This document shows, piece after piece, positions 16,509 to 24,949 of a stretch of 38,241 bases of DNA. Source of the DNA: a virus (lineage: Duplodnaviria; Caudoviricetes); the IMG/VR virus record IMGVR_UViG_3300017914_001399, positions 1 through 38,241 of that record. One strand, given 5' to 3'. The position numbers and the translations under genes were made by a program. The notes beneath the pieces are model-generated. The model did no database searches. It was not told the origin of the DNA and saw only the letters and a program-made list of their open reading frames with translations. Each line of letters starts with the position of its first letter. The first letter of the stretch is position 1.

Positions 16509-17726
16509 CTACATTCTACCTTTAATAGAATAATTGACATTATATCCTAGAATTTGCATATCATTCTCAGCCTGAGCTTCAAATCTAAATTGTACAGCCC
16601 TACCATCCCCTCTCACTTTAATCTTCTTGTGAATGATACTTTCTCCTGTATCCATATTCCAAGGTATAGCGTCAGGTATAAAGCCTCTTCTCATAGGGAA
16701 ATAAAGCTGCATCTTTTTACCACTACCGGATTCATTAGTAGTACGGCCTACCCACTTACTGTAAGCATTAGAATTATCCCACTCCCATCTGGCCTGAAAT
16801 AGACAACTACTAGGTTTGTCATAAATATAACTTTGACTATCAGTGTCATATCCTGTTATTTCTGTTTCTGTCTTATTAAAGTAGACATCAGCATATGTAA
16901 TAGATTTTTTATGAGCAAATTTCCCTAATGTTTCGTATGCACTGACAAGATACGCTGTTTGGTCAACGCCAAAGTCTTTAAAATCCTCAGAAGTGTCCGT
17001 AGCAAAGTTATAGCTACAAGTTTCTCCATCATGGGAGCTATTGGGGAAAACAAAAGATTCATCACCTACACCCAAACCTCTTTGTATTTGTTGAGTTCCT
17101 GCATTAGATTGTGGATAGAAAGCATTTAAACGTAAGTCCATAACTAAGATGTTATCGTCTGTTGTGCTAACAAACCATATTTGCTTTTCCTTACCTCTAT
17201 ACTCTACTGTAGCCCTCTTACCCTGTAGATTATCTAAATACCATGAACGTATAGTAGTTTCAGATATATCATTTACTTCGATAAAGTTAAGTTCTGTAGC
17301 AGCTAATACATGAATACCTGTAGTTGATAGGAAATATACATAGCTTTCAGCTTGTACAATACCATCTACATTATCTAATACACGTTCACTAATCTTACTT
17401 ACGTTAAAGTTGCTAGCTGAAAAACCGCCATCAGGCCCGAATACATACCACACACCATTCTCTGCAAATACAAGAATACCTCCCCTATAAGGGAAAATTC
17501 TGAATATATTCACAGCTTCATCAATCTCAATTCTGCCACCATCTGTAGCAATCAAATCAGGATTGTCATCACTTGTAGGGTCATTAATTTGATAGCAAAA
17601 ACCCGCACCTCTTGGAACCACTAATACTTGAGAGTAATAAACAAAGTTATTAACTCCGTAAAATATTCTACCAAAAGCTGCTGTAGAGCATATAGGTTGG
17701 TTTAATGTTGGATTCTCAATAGGCAT
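16509..17726 (-). CDS. Tail tubular protein B (nozzle), C-terminal part
   Basis: Beta-propeller-like (AFGRIFYG, ILVFAENGVWY), DLIATDGGRI, C-terminal KIKVRGDGRAVQFRFE. Confidence 0.8.
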   Translation of the reverse strand: MPIENPTLNQPICSTAAFGRIFYGVNNFVYYSQVLVVPRGAGFCYQINDPTSDDNPDLIATDGGRIEIDEAVNIFRIFPYRGGILVFAENGVWYVFGPDGGFSASNFNVSKISERVLDNVDGIVQAESYVYFLSTTGIHVLAATELNFIEVNDISETTIRSWYLDNLQGKRATVEYRGKEKQIWFVSTTDDNILVMDLRLNAFYPQSNAGTQQIQRGLGVGDESFVFPNSSHDGETCSYNFATDTSEDFKDFGVDQTAYLVSAYETLGKFAHKKSITYADVYFNKTETEITGYDTDSQSYIYDKPSSCLFQARWEWDNSNAYSKWVGRTTNESGSGKKMQLYFPMRRGFIPDAIPWNMDTGESIIHKKIKVRGDGRAVQFRFEAQAENDMQILGYNVNYSIKGRM

Positions 17727-18634
17727 TATACTGTAATACTCCCTATAGAGGTTAAGCTATTGCTAACAGTACCATCACTGGCCTTATTAGTTAGTTTAGT
17801 GTTTCTGTCAAAGTTATTAAGTGAATATACGTAATGACCTCTAGGAGCTTCTGTACTACCTATAGCTACCTGTACTAATGTTTTCTTCTGGAATGTCTCA
17901 TTACCATCCCCATCTGTACTAACACCTAATAAAGCGATATCCGCATTACTTGGATATTCATTAGTGCCGTTGAAGTTATCATTGAAGAAGTCTGTAACAG
18001 GGTCGCCAGATGTATCATTACGATTAGATTCTAATCGTCTAGTAGCATACCAACCAGCATTATATAAATTGTACTCATGTTCATCAGATAATGTTGTAGG
18101 TCTTTCCCCTATTTCTAATCCATCATCTACTAACTCAAAGTCTCTAATGTAAATACCAATAGTGTAAAATGTGATAGTTGTGTCTACTTTTTCTACTAAG
18201 ATAGGGCTAATAGCTGTAGTGCTGTCACTGCCTGTAATAATCAACTCCCCCCTAACTTCATCTACACTTATTGTAGTGAGTTCTAAAGAGGCAATTTGAA
18301 ACTCCCCTAAATATGTAAAGCTACTATCATTAGAATGTACCCGTAACCACGTCTCATTGGCTCCTGAGAAGGAGATAATCGCTACATAGAGGGAATGTTC
18401 AGCCCAATAAAAAGTCTCCAATAAACGGCTTCCAGTGGCTCCTACAACTGTCTTAGTAAAATCACTATTAGCATTGGTGAATCCCTTTCTTCTTTTACGA
18501 ATACCTCCATCAGTTTCCAATAAAAAATTAAGCTCGTCGAAGGTGCTTCCTTCTGGAGCATTCAAAGGAGAAGCTTCTGTAATTAGTCCTTGTGTCATAG
18601 GACTATAAGCTCTTTCACCTCTTGCTCTAGGCAT
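17726..18634 (-). CDS. Tail tubular protein B (nozzle), N-terminal part
   Basis: GLITEASPLN.P...DE.NF....G.RKRRKG, YNLYNAGW, PSNADI, APRGHY. Confidence 0.75.
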   Translation of the reverse strand: MPRARGERAYSPMTQGLITEASPLNAPEGSTFDELNFLLETDGGIRKRRKGFTNANSDFTKTVVGATGSRLLETFYWAEHSLYVAIISFSGANETWLRVHSNDSSFTYLGEFQIASLELTTISVDEVRGELIITGSDSTTAISPILVEKVDTTITFYTIGIYIRDFELVDDGLEIGERPTTLSDEHEYNLYNAGWYATRRLESNRNDTSGDPVTDFFNDNFNGTNEYPSNADIALLGVSTDGDGNETFQKKTLVQVAIGSTEAPRGHYVYSLNNFDRNTKLTNKASDGTVSNSLTSIGSITV

Positions 18635-18984
18635 TACTCTTTATCCCCTTGGGCTAATAGTTTTTCTTTAATGATTTTCTTTCTAGCATTAAGGTTGGTG
18701 GTGTCAGGTGTTGAGAAGTTATATTTAGTGCAGAATTCTTTTAATTCCGTGTTATTCTTACATTCTGCCAATTCTTCCAATCTACTAGGCTTACCTTTCT
18801 CTCTTTCTTGTTTAGCCAGATAGTTAGTCATAGCTACCGTAGCTTCTATGATGCTAGTAAACAAACCATCAATCATACGAGGTTGTTTGCCACTACCATG
18901 CCATCTATAACCTAGTTCACCATCCTTCATGTAAAGTTTGTATTCCTTACCCTCAGTAGTCGTAATTACATCTTGTATATCCAC
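18634..18984 (-). CDS. Hypothetical protein between adaptor and nozzle
   Basis: GTG 18984 with SD AAGGAG 6 nt upstream, preferred over 19038. Confidence 0.7.
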   Translation of the reverse strand: MDIQDVITTTEGKEYKLYMKDGELGYRWHGSGKQPRMIDGLFTSIIEATVAMTNYLAKQEREKGKPSRLEELAECKNNTELKEFCTKYNFSTPDTTNLNARKKIIKEKLLAQGDKE

Positions 18985-19759
18985 TTGATACTCCTTTTCT
19001 ACCTTTTGATTGTTTAGCTCTAATACCACCCGCAACACGCTTTTCCTGTTGCATTTTAATTCTATTTCTTCTGGCTCTTTGTGCTACAATAGGGTCTCTT
19101 TCTTCACGTAATGCACTCCTAGCCTCATCTTCCACATTGTCTCTGTACAATTCATCCATAGATTCAGGGAGGGGAATTACAAAGTCATCTTGTTGCAAAA
19201 ACACTGGCATTTCTGTAGCCACCATTTTAGTTTTAGAAGCTTGTAAGCTACTATCATAGTCTTTGTGATAGCTATCACATACAATAAACTCACCATCAAA
19301 AGAAGTGAAATATGATGGAAATTGATTAGTTATAACTGCCGTTTTAGTTCCGTCATAGCCTTGCACCTCAATTACATTCGTATTATCTGTTGTAACGGTA
19401 CGTTGGTTAGTTAGCTCCATAAATTCTAAAGGTGTTAGATATTGAACCTCTTTATAACTTAAAACAGCCGTAGTATCTTCAATTCTAGCAGCATTATACC
19501 ATAGCTTACTATCTTGAATCCTTTGTACATTTTTAGGAATAAGAAGGTAATTAGGTCTAGAACTATCAGATACAGAGTCTAAATTAACATCTTTTTGGAA
19601 ACTAAGAAGATTCCTATATTCCTCTGCTAAAGAATAAAACACTTCTTCAGCTATTAATGCTACTTGTTGACTTTCATCTGTATCAAAAATACTATTAACA
19701 AAAAATCCATCTGTCCTATTTAGGTACGATTGTACAATGCCTAAAAGTGTATATTTCAT
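18953..19759 (-). CDS. Tail tubular protein A / head-tail adaptor (T7 gp11-like)
   Basis: TLLGIVQSYL...VNSI.DT.ES.QVA N-terminus; PSYFTSFD; position after capsid genes. Confidence 0.82.
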   Translation of the reverse strand: MKYTLLGIVQSYLNRTDGFFVNSIFDTDESQQVALIAEEVFYSLAEEYRNLLSFQKDVNLDSVSDSSRPNYLLIPKNVQRIQDSKLWYNAARIEDTTAVLSYKEVQYLTPLEFMELTNQRTVTTDNTNVIEVQGYDGTKTAVITNQFPSYFTSFDGEFIVCDSYHKDYDSSLQASKTKMVATEMPVFLQQDDFVIPLPESMDELYRDNVEDEARSALREERDPIVAQRARRNRIKMQQEKRVAGGIRAKQSKGRKGVSSGYTRCNYDY

Positions 19760-19785
19760 TTGTTCACCATTATTGACGATTTATG

Positions 19786-19808
19786 AAGGGAACTCTATGA
19801 ATTCCCTT
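19786..19808 (-). terminator. Stem-loop downstream of the capsid genes (terminator or processing site)
   Basis: Minus-strand RNA AAGGGAAUUC-AUA-GAGUUCCCUU, a 10-bp stem; no clear U-tract. Confidence 0.55.
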
Positions 19809-19829
19809 TAAAATAACCATTAGTAGTGA

Positions 19830-20273
19830 TTATAAATAATCAACAGTAATAGTTGCTACACCAGCAGTAGCAGTACCCGCAAGAGTAACAACTACTTGAC
19901 CATCAGCAGCACCAGTAGAAGCACCTACTAACGCACCAGCACCTACAGAGTAAGAGCCAGCAGTTAGGGTTGTTTCAGCAGCAATCAAGCCATCATTATC
20001 AATCTCAGTACCATCTGCTTGCTGCAAACCAGCAGACAAAGAAGTAGCACCAGTAAAAGCTTCGCTTACTTTAAGCTCTACTCCACGGATACCACTATTG
20101 GCAGGGATGATAAGTTGGCGAGTACCAGTAGAATCTACTGGAGCAGGCAGGTCATCATATGAAAATACATATTCAGCTACCTTACCACCGTCCATTGATG
20201 CACCAACTACTTCACCACCTTTAGATGAAGTGTAGTCAGTAACGTTATAAGTGTTTAAAGGTTGAGCACTCAT
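19830..20273 (-). CDS. Capsid decoration / minor capsid protein
   Basis: Directly after the MCP; strong SD; A/G/T-rich beta sandwich (IPAN..I....L.V.EAF.G, IDNDGL). Confidence 0.7.
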   Translation of the reverse strand: MSAQPLNTYNVTDYTSSKGGEVVGASMDGGKVAEYVFSYDDLPAPVDSTGTRQLIIPANSGIRGVELKVSEAFTGATSLSAGLQQADGTEIDNDGLIAAETTLTAGSYSVGAGALVGASTGAADGQVVVTLAGTATAGVATITVDYL

Positions 20274-20291
20274 TATTTTAATCTCCTATAA

Positions 20292-21245
20292 TTAAGCTAA
20301 AGCTTCAGCAGCAAGGATAATGCCTAGAGACTCAGCACGTTGCAGACCGAAGCCATAACGAGCAGTAGCACTCCATTCATCACGTTTCATACGACCATTA
20401 CGCTCCATTTCAGCTTTAACTGGTTGACGCATAACACCATGTACAGGCATATCATCCGCAGAAGCCATAGACATTGCAACACACGCAACACCATTAGTAA
20501 CACTTACAGAGTCAATAGTCTCTGAAGCAATTTTTGGTAGGTGGTGTGAGATAGCAATGTTGAAGCCCATAATGTTAGTACGGAAGTTCAAACGGTCACC
20601 GAAACCAGTGTTAACAATACCAGCAAAGTCATTGTTAAATTGTACTGGAGAAGTGTACTCATAAAGAGCATTCAATTGAGCTTCTACTAGCGGGTCAATG
20701 AAAAGAACACGATTCTGTTCAGGAACCAAAGCCTTATCAAAAGCAGCTTTAAGCTGAATGATATCGCCGATAGTAATAACTTGGTTAGTACCAGAAGCTA
20801 CAAAGCGGTGAGGCTGACCATTAATTAAGTTTTGGTTACTTGCAGTTTGACCTTCATTACACGTTTTGAAAACATCAGTTTCCATACGGCGTTCAAATGC
20901 AATACCAGACTTACGAACGTTCTCAGACCAGAAAGCTTCAGCTTGATGTGAGTCTTGAGCTAGTTTGTCAGTGATATAGAAGCCGTCTTGCAGGTACGTG
21001 TCAACAGAAAGTTGTACACGAGAAGTAGCCATTTTAGAAAAATCTACAGGCTGGTCGTCTGTGTAATCACTTACAGCACGGTCACCAGTTTTAGTAACTT
21101 CTAGTGTATCACCATCAGGGAATGCACCAGTACGGTCATTGAAAAGTAAACGACCAACCAACCAGTCGTCATACGCTTTTAGAAGTGATTCTTCATACAC
21201 TTCTTGACGAATAATATTCGCCTGTTCACCAGAAATATAAGCCAT
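20292..21245 (-). CDS. Major capsid protein
   Basis: 317 aa after the scaffold; FPDGDTL, FDKALVP...RVLFIDP, ARYGFG..R.ESL; codon bias of a highly expressed gene. Confidence 0.92.
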   Translation of the reverse strand: MAYISGEQANIIRQEVYEESLLKAYDDWLVGRLLFNDRTGAFPDGDTLEVTKTGDRAVSDYTDDQPVDFSKMATSRVQLSVDTYLQDGFYITDKLAQDSHQAEAFWSENVRKSGIAFERRMETDVFKTCNEGQTASNQNLINGQPHRFVASGTNQVITIGDIIQLKAAFDKALVPEQNRVLFIDPLVEAQLNALYEYTSPVQFNNDFAGIVNTGFGDRLNFRTNIMGFNIAISHHLPKIASETIDSVSVTNGVACVAMSMASADDMPVHGVMRQPVKAEMERNGRMKRDEWSATARYGFGLQRAESLGIILAAEALA

Positions 21246-21270
21246 TGTCTTATTCCTCTATTTTATGTTA

Positions 21271-22020
21271 TTAAAAAAGTTTTTGATTAATACCACGCTC
21301 TTTTGCTTTAGCATTCAACCTATCAACCATCTGATTAGTTGCATCCTTAGCAAAGAAAGCAGGTTTTGTAGAAACAGGTGTAGCATTGTTATGTGGAGGT
21401 ACATTACCTCCTGAAGGTGGTGCTACAGATGTTGCTGTTTGTTTATCAAGTTCAAAAAGTTTCTTGAACATTGTTGGATTAGTACGAGCCGTATTAATAA
21501 TATCATCATCTGACATATTAAAAGCTTGTGCTTTCTCCCTTAGCTTTGATTCAAAATCATTGCCAAACACACTTTTAGCCGCATCAATACTCTCTGATTG
21601 ATTCTTGTTATAAACTGTTTCTTTCTCCGAAGCTGACAGTCTTCCCATAATCTTTTCAGTTAGTTGGGCTTCAAGTTGTTCTAAATCCAACTGAGGGGTT
21701 GTCTCAGTGGTTTGCTGTTGACTAGGCTGTTGAGTCATTTGAGTAGTGTCCTGTTGTTTAAATTTTTCTAGTGCTTCCTCAAGCTTTAGGCTTTGGTTTA
21801 CCTTAGCTTCTAACTCTTGAACTTTCGCCTCTAGCGATTGTTTCTCTTGGACAGTGTTTTTAATAAAGTCCTGAGAATGTTGCCAAGATTGTTGAGCTTC
21901 TTCAACAGTGTTGAATAGTCTCTCCTTACCTTGACTGTCTGTGCCACTGAATAATGGCTTATGTTCTTCCTGAACTAATGGCTGGTTAGCCTCCTGAATA
22001 TTTTCTGTCGGGTTAGACAT
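21271..22020 (-). CDS. Capsid scaffolding protein
   Basis: Q/E-rich coiled coil (SQDFIKN) immediately upstream of the MCP. Confidence 0.82.
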   Translation of the reverse strand: MSNPTENIQEANQPLVQEEHKPLFSGTDSQGKERLFNTVEEAQQSWQHSQDFIKNTVQEKQSLEAKVQELEAKVNQSLKLEEALEKFKQQDTTQMTQQPSQQQTTETTPQLDLEQLEAQLTEKIMGRLSASEKETVYNKNQSESIDAAKSVFGNDFESKLREKAQAFNMSDDDIINTARTNPTMFKKLFELDKQTATSVAPPSGGNVPPHNNATPVSTKPAFFAKDATNQMVDRLNAKAKERGINQKLF

Positions 22021-22037
22021 TTTAATTATTTCCTCTA

Positions 22038-22100
22038 TTATTTAGATTTACGTTTAACTGGTTTCTTTTTCATTGGCATAGGTTTTTTATAACTTTTCAT
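22038..22100 (-). CDS. 20-aa basic micropeptide MKSYKKPMPMKKKPVKRKSK
   Basis: SD-like GGTGAG upstream; fills the gap before the scaffold RBS. Confidence 0.55.
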   Translation of the reverse strand: MKSYKKPMPMKKKPVKRKSK

Positions 22101-22104
22101 ATTC

Positions 22105-22614
22105 TCACCATTTTACGCGATTAGCTACTAAACTGCACAACTCTATAAATCTTTCTTGAGTGTACGCTTGTTTCATCATATTTATTTCTGCTGTCACCCA
22201 TTGTACATTGCCATTTACATAACCTAATGTACTATCTATTCTATCAAGTGATGCATTATTATTAACTTCCATTGCAGAGATATCTTGCCCACTTAGTGCA
22301 CATTTAAAGTCTTGTTCAATTAGCACATCTGCTAAATAATCAAAACTCACTCCCCATTCTAATCCTCTCAATTCGGCACTAGCTTTATATTTGTGAACAA
22401 ATGAAGCTCTTAAGATTTCTTTGTAAAAACCTTTATGCGAATTATTTTCTGGATTCCTATTACTGCAAGTTTTACAAACTTTCTTAGAAACTGAAGAATT
22501 AACACAATAGTTTCTTCTCAAGTGGGATATAGTATCACCACAATTAGGGCAATCTCTAAGCCACCTTCCACCTTCTTTCCTGACATCAGATGGTAAAGGT
22601 AATGCTTTCGGCAT
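22105..22614 (-). CDS. HNH-type endonuclease (DRID variant) with N-terminal zinc finger
   Basis: CPNC and CKTC pairs; CALSG...SLDRIDS..GY..GNVQWV...IN.MK. Confidence 0.82.
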   Translation of the reverse strand: MPKALPLPSDVRKEGGRWLRDCPNCGDTISHLRRNYCVNSSVSKKVCKTCSNRNPENNSHKGFYKEILRASFVHKYKASAELRGLEWGVSFDYLADVLIEQDFKCALSGQDISAMEVNNNASLDRIDSTLGYVNGNVQWVTAEINMMKQAYTQERFIELCSLVANRVKW

Positions 22615-22666
22615 AACTTAAAACTCCAGTTGTGGTAAGTATAATACTCCATTTTACGCGATTAGC
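22108..22666 (-). mobile_element. 541-bp endonuclease insertion bounded by an 18-bp direct repeat
   Basis: CCATTTTACGCGATTAGC at 22108-22125 and 22649-22666, identical. Confidence 0.8.
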
Positions 22667-22918
22667 CCAATAGGCTGCTGACATTTTACCTTTTGCTATA
22701 TTCTTAGCGTGTCTTGCTTTAAAACTCTTTTGTCTAGCTGTAGCTTTCTTATCCCCTTTAACTCCTTGTTGACCAAAACGAATTGTCTTAATCTTGTCAC
22801 CTTCCTTAGCTACTACAACATGAGACTTAGTAGGGTGGTTTGGTGTACGTTTAGGCTTGTTATAGCCACTTACACCCGCCCTTTCTAATCTACTATCTTT
22901 CTTTTTCTTCTCAGCCAT
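22586..22918 (-). CDS. Conserved basic phage protein, C-terminally extended by the insertion
   Basis: K.IRFGQQG...SFKARH...SAAYWANRVKW family pattern followed by 21 extra residues. Confidence 0.8.
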   Translation of the reverse strand: MAEKKKKDSRLERAGVSGYNKPKRTPNHPTKSHVVVAKEGDKIKTIRFGQQGVKGDKKATARQKSFKARHAKNIAKGKMSAAYWANRVKWSIILTTTGVLSYAESITFTI

Positions 22919-22919
22919 A

Positions 22920-23198
22920 TTACTTACCTATTTGCTTTAAAAGTTTACGTAGTATTTGCCTTACACCTTTATGATAGGAATTAAATTCTTTCTTCTGAAA
23001 CCACGATACAAAGTCAAACTTCTTATCGCTCGTTTCTTGATTAGCTCCTATCTCATATTCTAAATACTCTACAAATAACTCCGTCACTTCATTATGTTTC
23101 CAAGTTCTGTAACGTGTTAAAAGTTCATCTTTCTCTTGCTTAGTTTTTAATACACTAAACTGTTTAGTTAGGAAAGGTGGTATTTTATGTTCAGCCAT
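22920..23198 (-). CDS. Hypothetical protein downstream of the portal (92 aa)
   Basis: TAATG coupling to the portal gene. Confidence 0.8.
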   Translation of the reverse strand: MAEHKIPPFLTKQFSVLKTKQEKDELLTRYRTWKHNEVTELFVEYLEYEIGANQETSDKKFDFVSWFQKKEFNSYHKGVRQILRKLLKQIGK

Positions 23199-24949
23199 TA
23201 TAGTTCATCACCTAGCTCTAACTCTGCCATACTAGGTTGACTTCTATCCATCATAAAGTCTTCCTCTGCCCTAGCAGTAACTTTCTGTTGCTCTAGTTGT
23301 TCTTCTGTAGCTGCAAACTTACCAAAGATATCAAAGTCTGAAAGTCCATATAAGAAGTTAACAGCTTGGGTTAATTGCCAAGTATTCATATGTGGAGCTA
23401 CTAACTGTCCTAATTGACTTTGTGACAACTGTTGAATACCTGCTTGTTGCTGTAGCTGTCTTTCGAAACGTCTAGCACCATAAGGAACCAACTTACCATT
23501 ACTCTTTAAATCATCTTCTGTAACTTGTAGAGTAGTGAAAATACCCTCTTCATCTTCTTCCAACACTTTAATAACTGAAGTGAAGTTTTCTTTAGCTATT
23601 TCAATTTCAGCAGTAATAAGAGGCTCTAAGAACTCTTGTTCAAACTGTTCAGCACTATTAATAAAACTTCTAAATGCACCTTCATTAAGACTCTGCACTT
23701 CAAATGCTGTTTTCTCCCCAGAAGTTCTAAATCCGCTAATCTGTGGAGGTAGGCCACTAGCTCTACGCGCTAAGTCTAAATGTAATGCTATTTCATTGTT
23801 ATAAGACAGTACAGTTGAGTCTGGAGTGATATCTGATACACTTCCACCTTCAGGTACTAAGTATTTAGTTTGGCCTGTTACATCGTCGTATATCTCTTCT
23901 ACATCACCTACATACAATCTGTCAGGATGTGCAAATCTGTCAATAGCATCATTCTTAGCATTTTCCCTGTGATTAATCATGTAGTTAATTCCCACTACAT
24001 TATCTAATGCTCCTTGACTCCATAAGTTGTCAGGTCGTTGTTTAAAGCTTCCTTTGAAGACTCTGACACCCGTTTCCTCTTTATCAAAGATAAGACAATC
24101 CCTATCAACAATAGCAATGCACCTATTCTTATAAACAGTTTTGGAATTAACATCGTATACATCACCGTAATAGGTTAATACTTCAATAAAGTCTGACATA
24201 ATATATTGGTCAATACTTCCAAATCCATCAGGAATATATTGAGCATCTTTACGTCTATTAGAGTAATCATTTCTACCACTACTGGAACGTCTATCCAGAA
24301 CTTCATCCATTTTAGCCATATCAATGTTTAAGTCTGGAGGCAAACTATCAATCCAACCTTTAAACTCACCCAAGCTCATAAGGCTTCTTACTATCTTACC
24401 AGTGTTATAAAAGCTATTAGCAGTAGGGTTAAATACAATATCAAAAGGGCTAATACGCTCAATACACGCCCCTGCATATCCACTAACAGGAACACCCTTT
24501 TCATCAGTAGTTGTAGAGTCTTTGTAATATACTTTAGCAAAACAATTGCCATATCTGTGATAGTCATCAATAACCTTACGCATTACAGGTCTGAAGTTAT
24601 TAACTCTATGAATATGTTTAATATAAGAAAGTACTTTGTCTCTTTTAGTTTTAGTTACAGAGTCAATGTCATAGCCCTGCCAACCTAACCAATCCTCATG
24701 AGGAAGGATAGTGCTATACATAATAGCATTAAGGTCATTATGGACTTCGCTTACAACGGGAATCATAGTGTTATGGTCAGTACCAGTGTTTAACGTACTA
24801 TTAGTATCCGTACCATGAATATACTTATCAATCTCACTCCACAAGCTTCCTGCTGGCTCTTTGTAAGAATTCCATTCAAACCACTTCATACTAACTGTAG
24901 AAGCTACATTTGCTACTTCACTATAATTTTCTATTGTAAGAGTCTGCAT
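23198..24949 (-). CDS. Portal protein
   Basis: 583 aa after TerL; DY..YGN.F, RISPFDIVFNP, RPDNLW..G.LDN, G.RTSGEKTAFEVQ.L. Confidence 0.92.
   Translation of the reverse strand: MQTLTIENYSEVANVASTVSMKWFEWNSYKEPAGSLWSEIDKYIHGTDTNSTLNTGTDHNTMIPVVSEVHNDLNAIMYSTILPHEDWLGWQGYDIDSVTKTKRDKVLSYIKHIHRVNNFRPVMRKVIDDYHRYGNCFAKVYYKDSTTTDEKGVPVSGYAGACIERISPFDIVFNPTANSFYNTGKIVRSLMSLGEFKGWIDSLPPDLNIDMAKMDEVLDRRSSSGRNDYSNRRKDAQYIPDGFGSIDQYIMSDFIEVLTYYGDVYDVNSKTVYKNRCIAIVDRDCLIFDKEETGVRVFKGSFKQRPDNLWSQGALDNVVGINYMINHRENAKNDAIDRFAHPDRLYVGDVEEIYDDVTGQTKYLVPEGGSVSDITPDSTVLSYNNEIALHLDLARRASGLPPQISGFRTSGEKTAFEVQSLNEGAFRSFINSAEQFEQEFLEPLITAEIEIAKENFTSVIKVLEEDEEGIFTTLQVTEDDLKSNGKLVPYGARRFERQLQQQAGIQQLSQSQLGQLVAPHMNTWQLTQAVNFLYGLSDFDIFGKFAATEEQLEQQKVTARAEEDFMMDRSQPSMAELELGDEL

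Noticed and set aside
20274-20294. Read-through fusion of the major capsid protein to the in-frame decoration gene (T7 10B-like)
   Set aside because: The spacer contains a second in-frame stop (TAA TTA TAG), the downstream gene has its own strong SD, and no slippery site is visible.
22640-22669. Hybrid promoter created at the HNH insertion junction (TTGGGC-18-TATTAT, minus strand)
   Set aside because: Poor -35 match; the gene is already inside the late operon.
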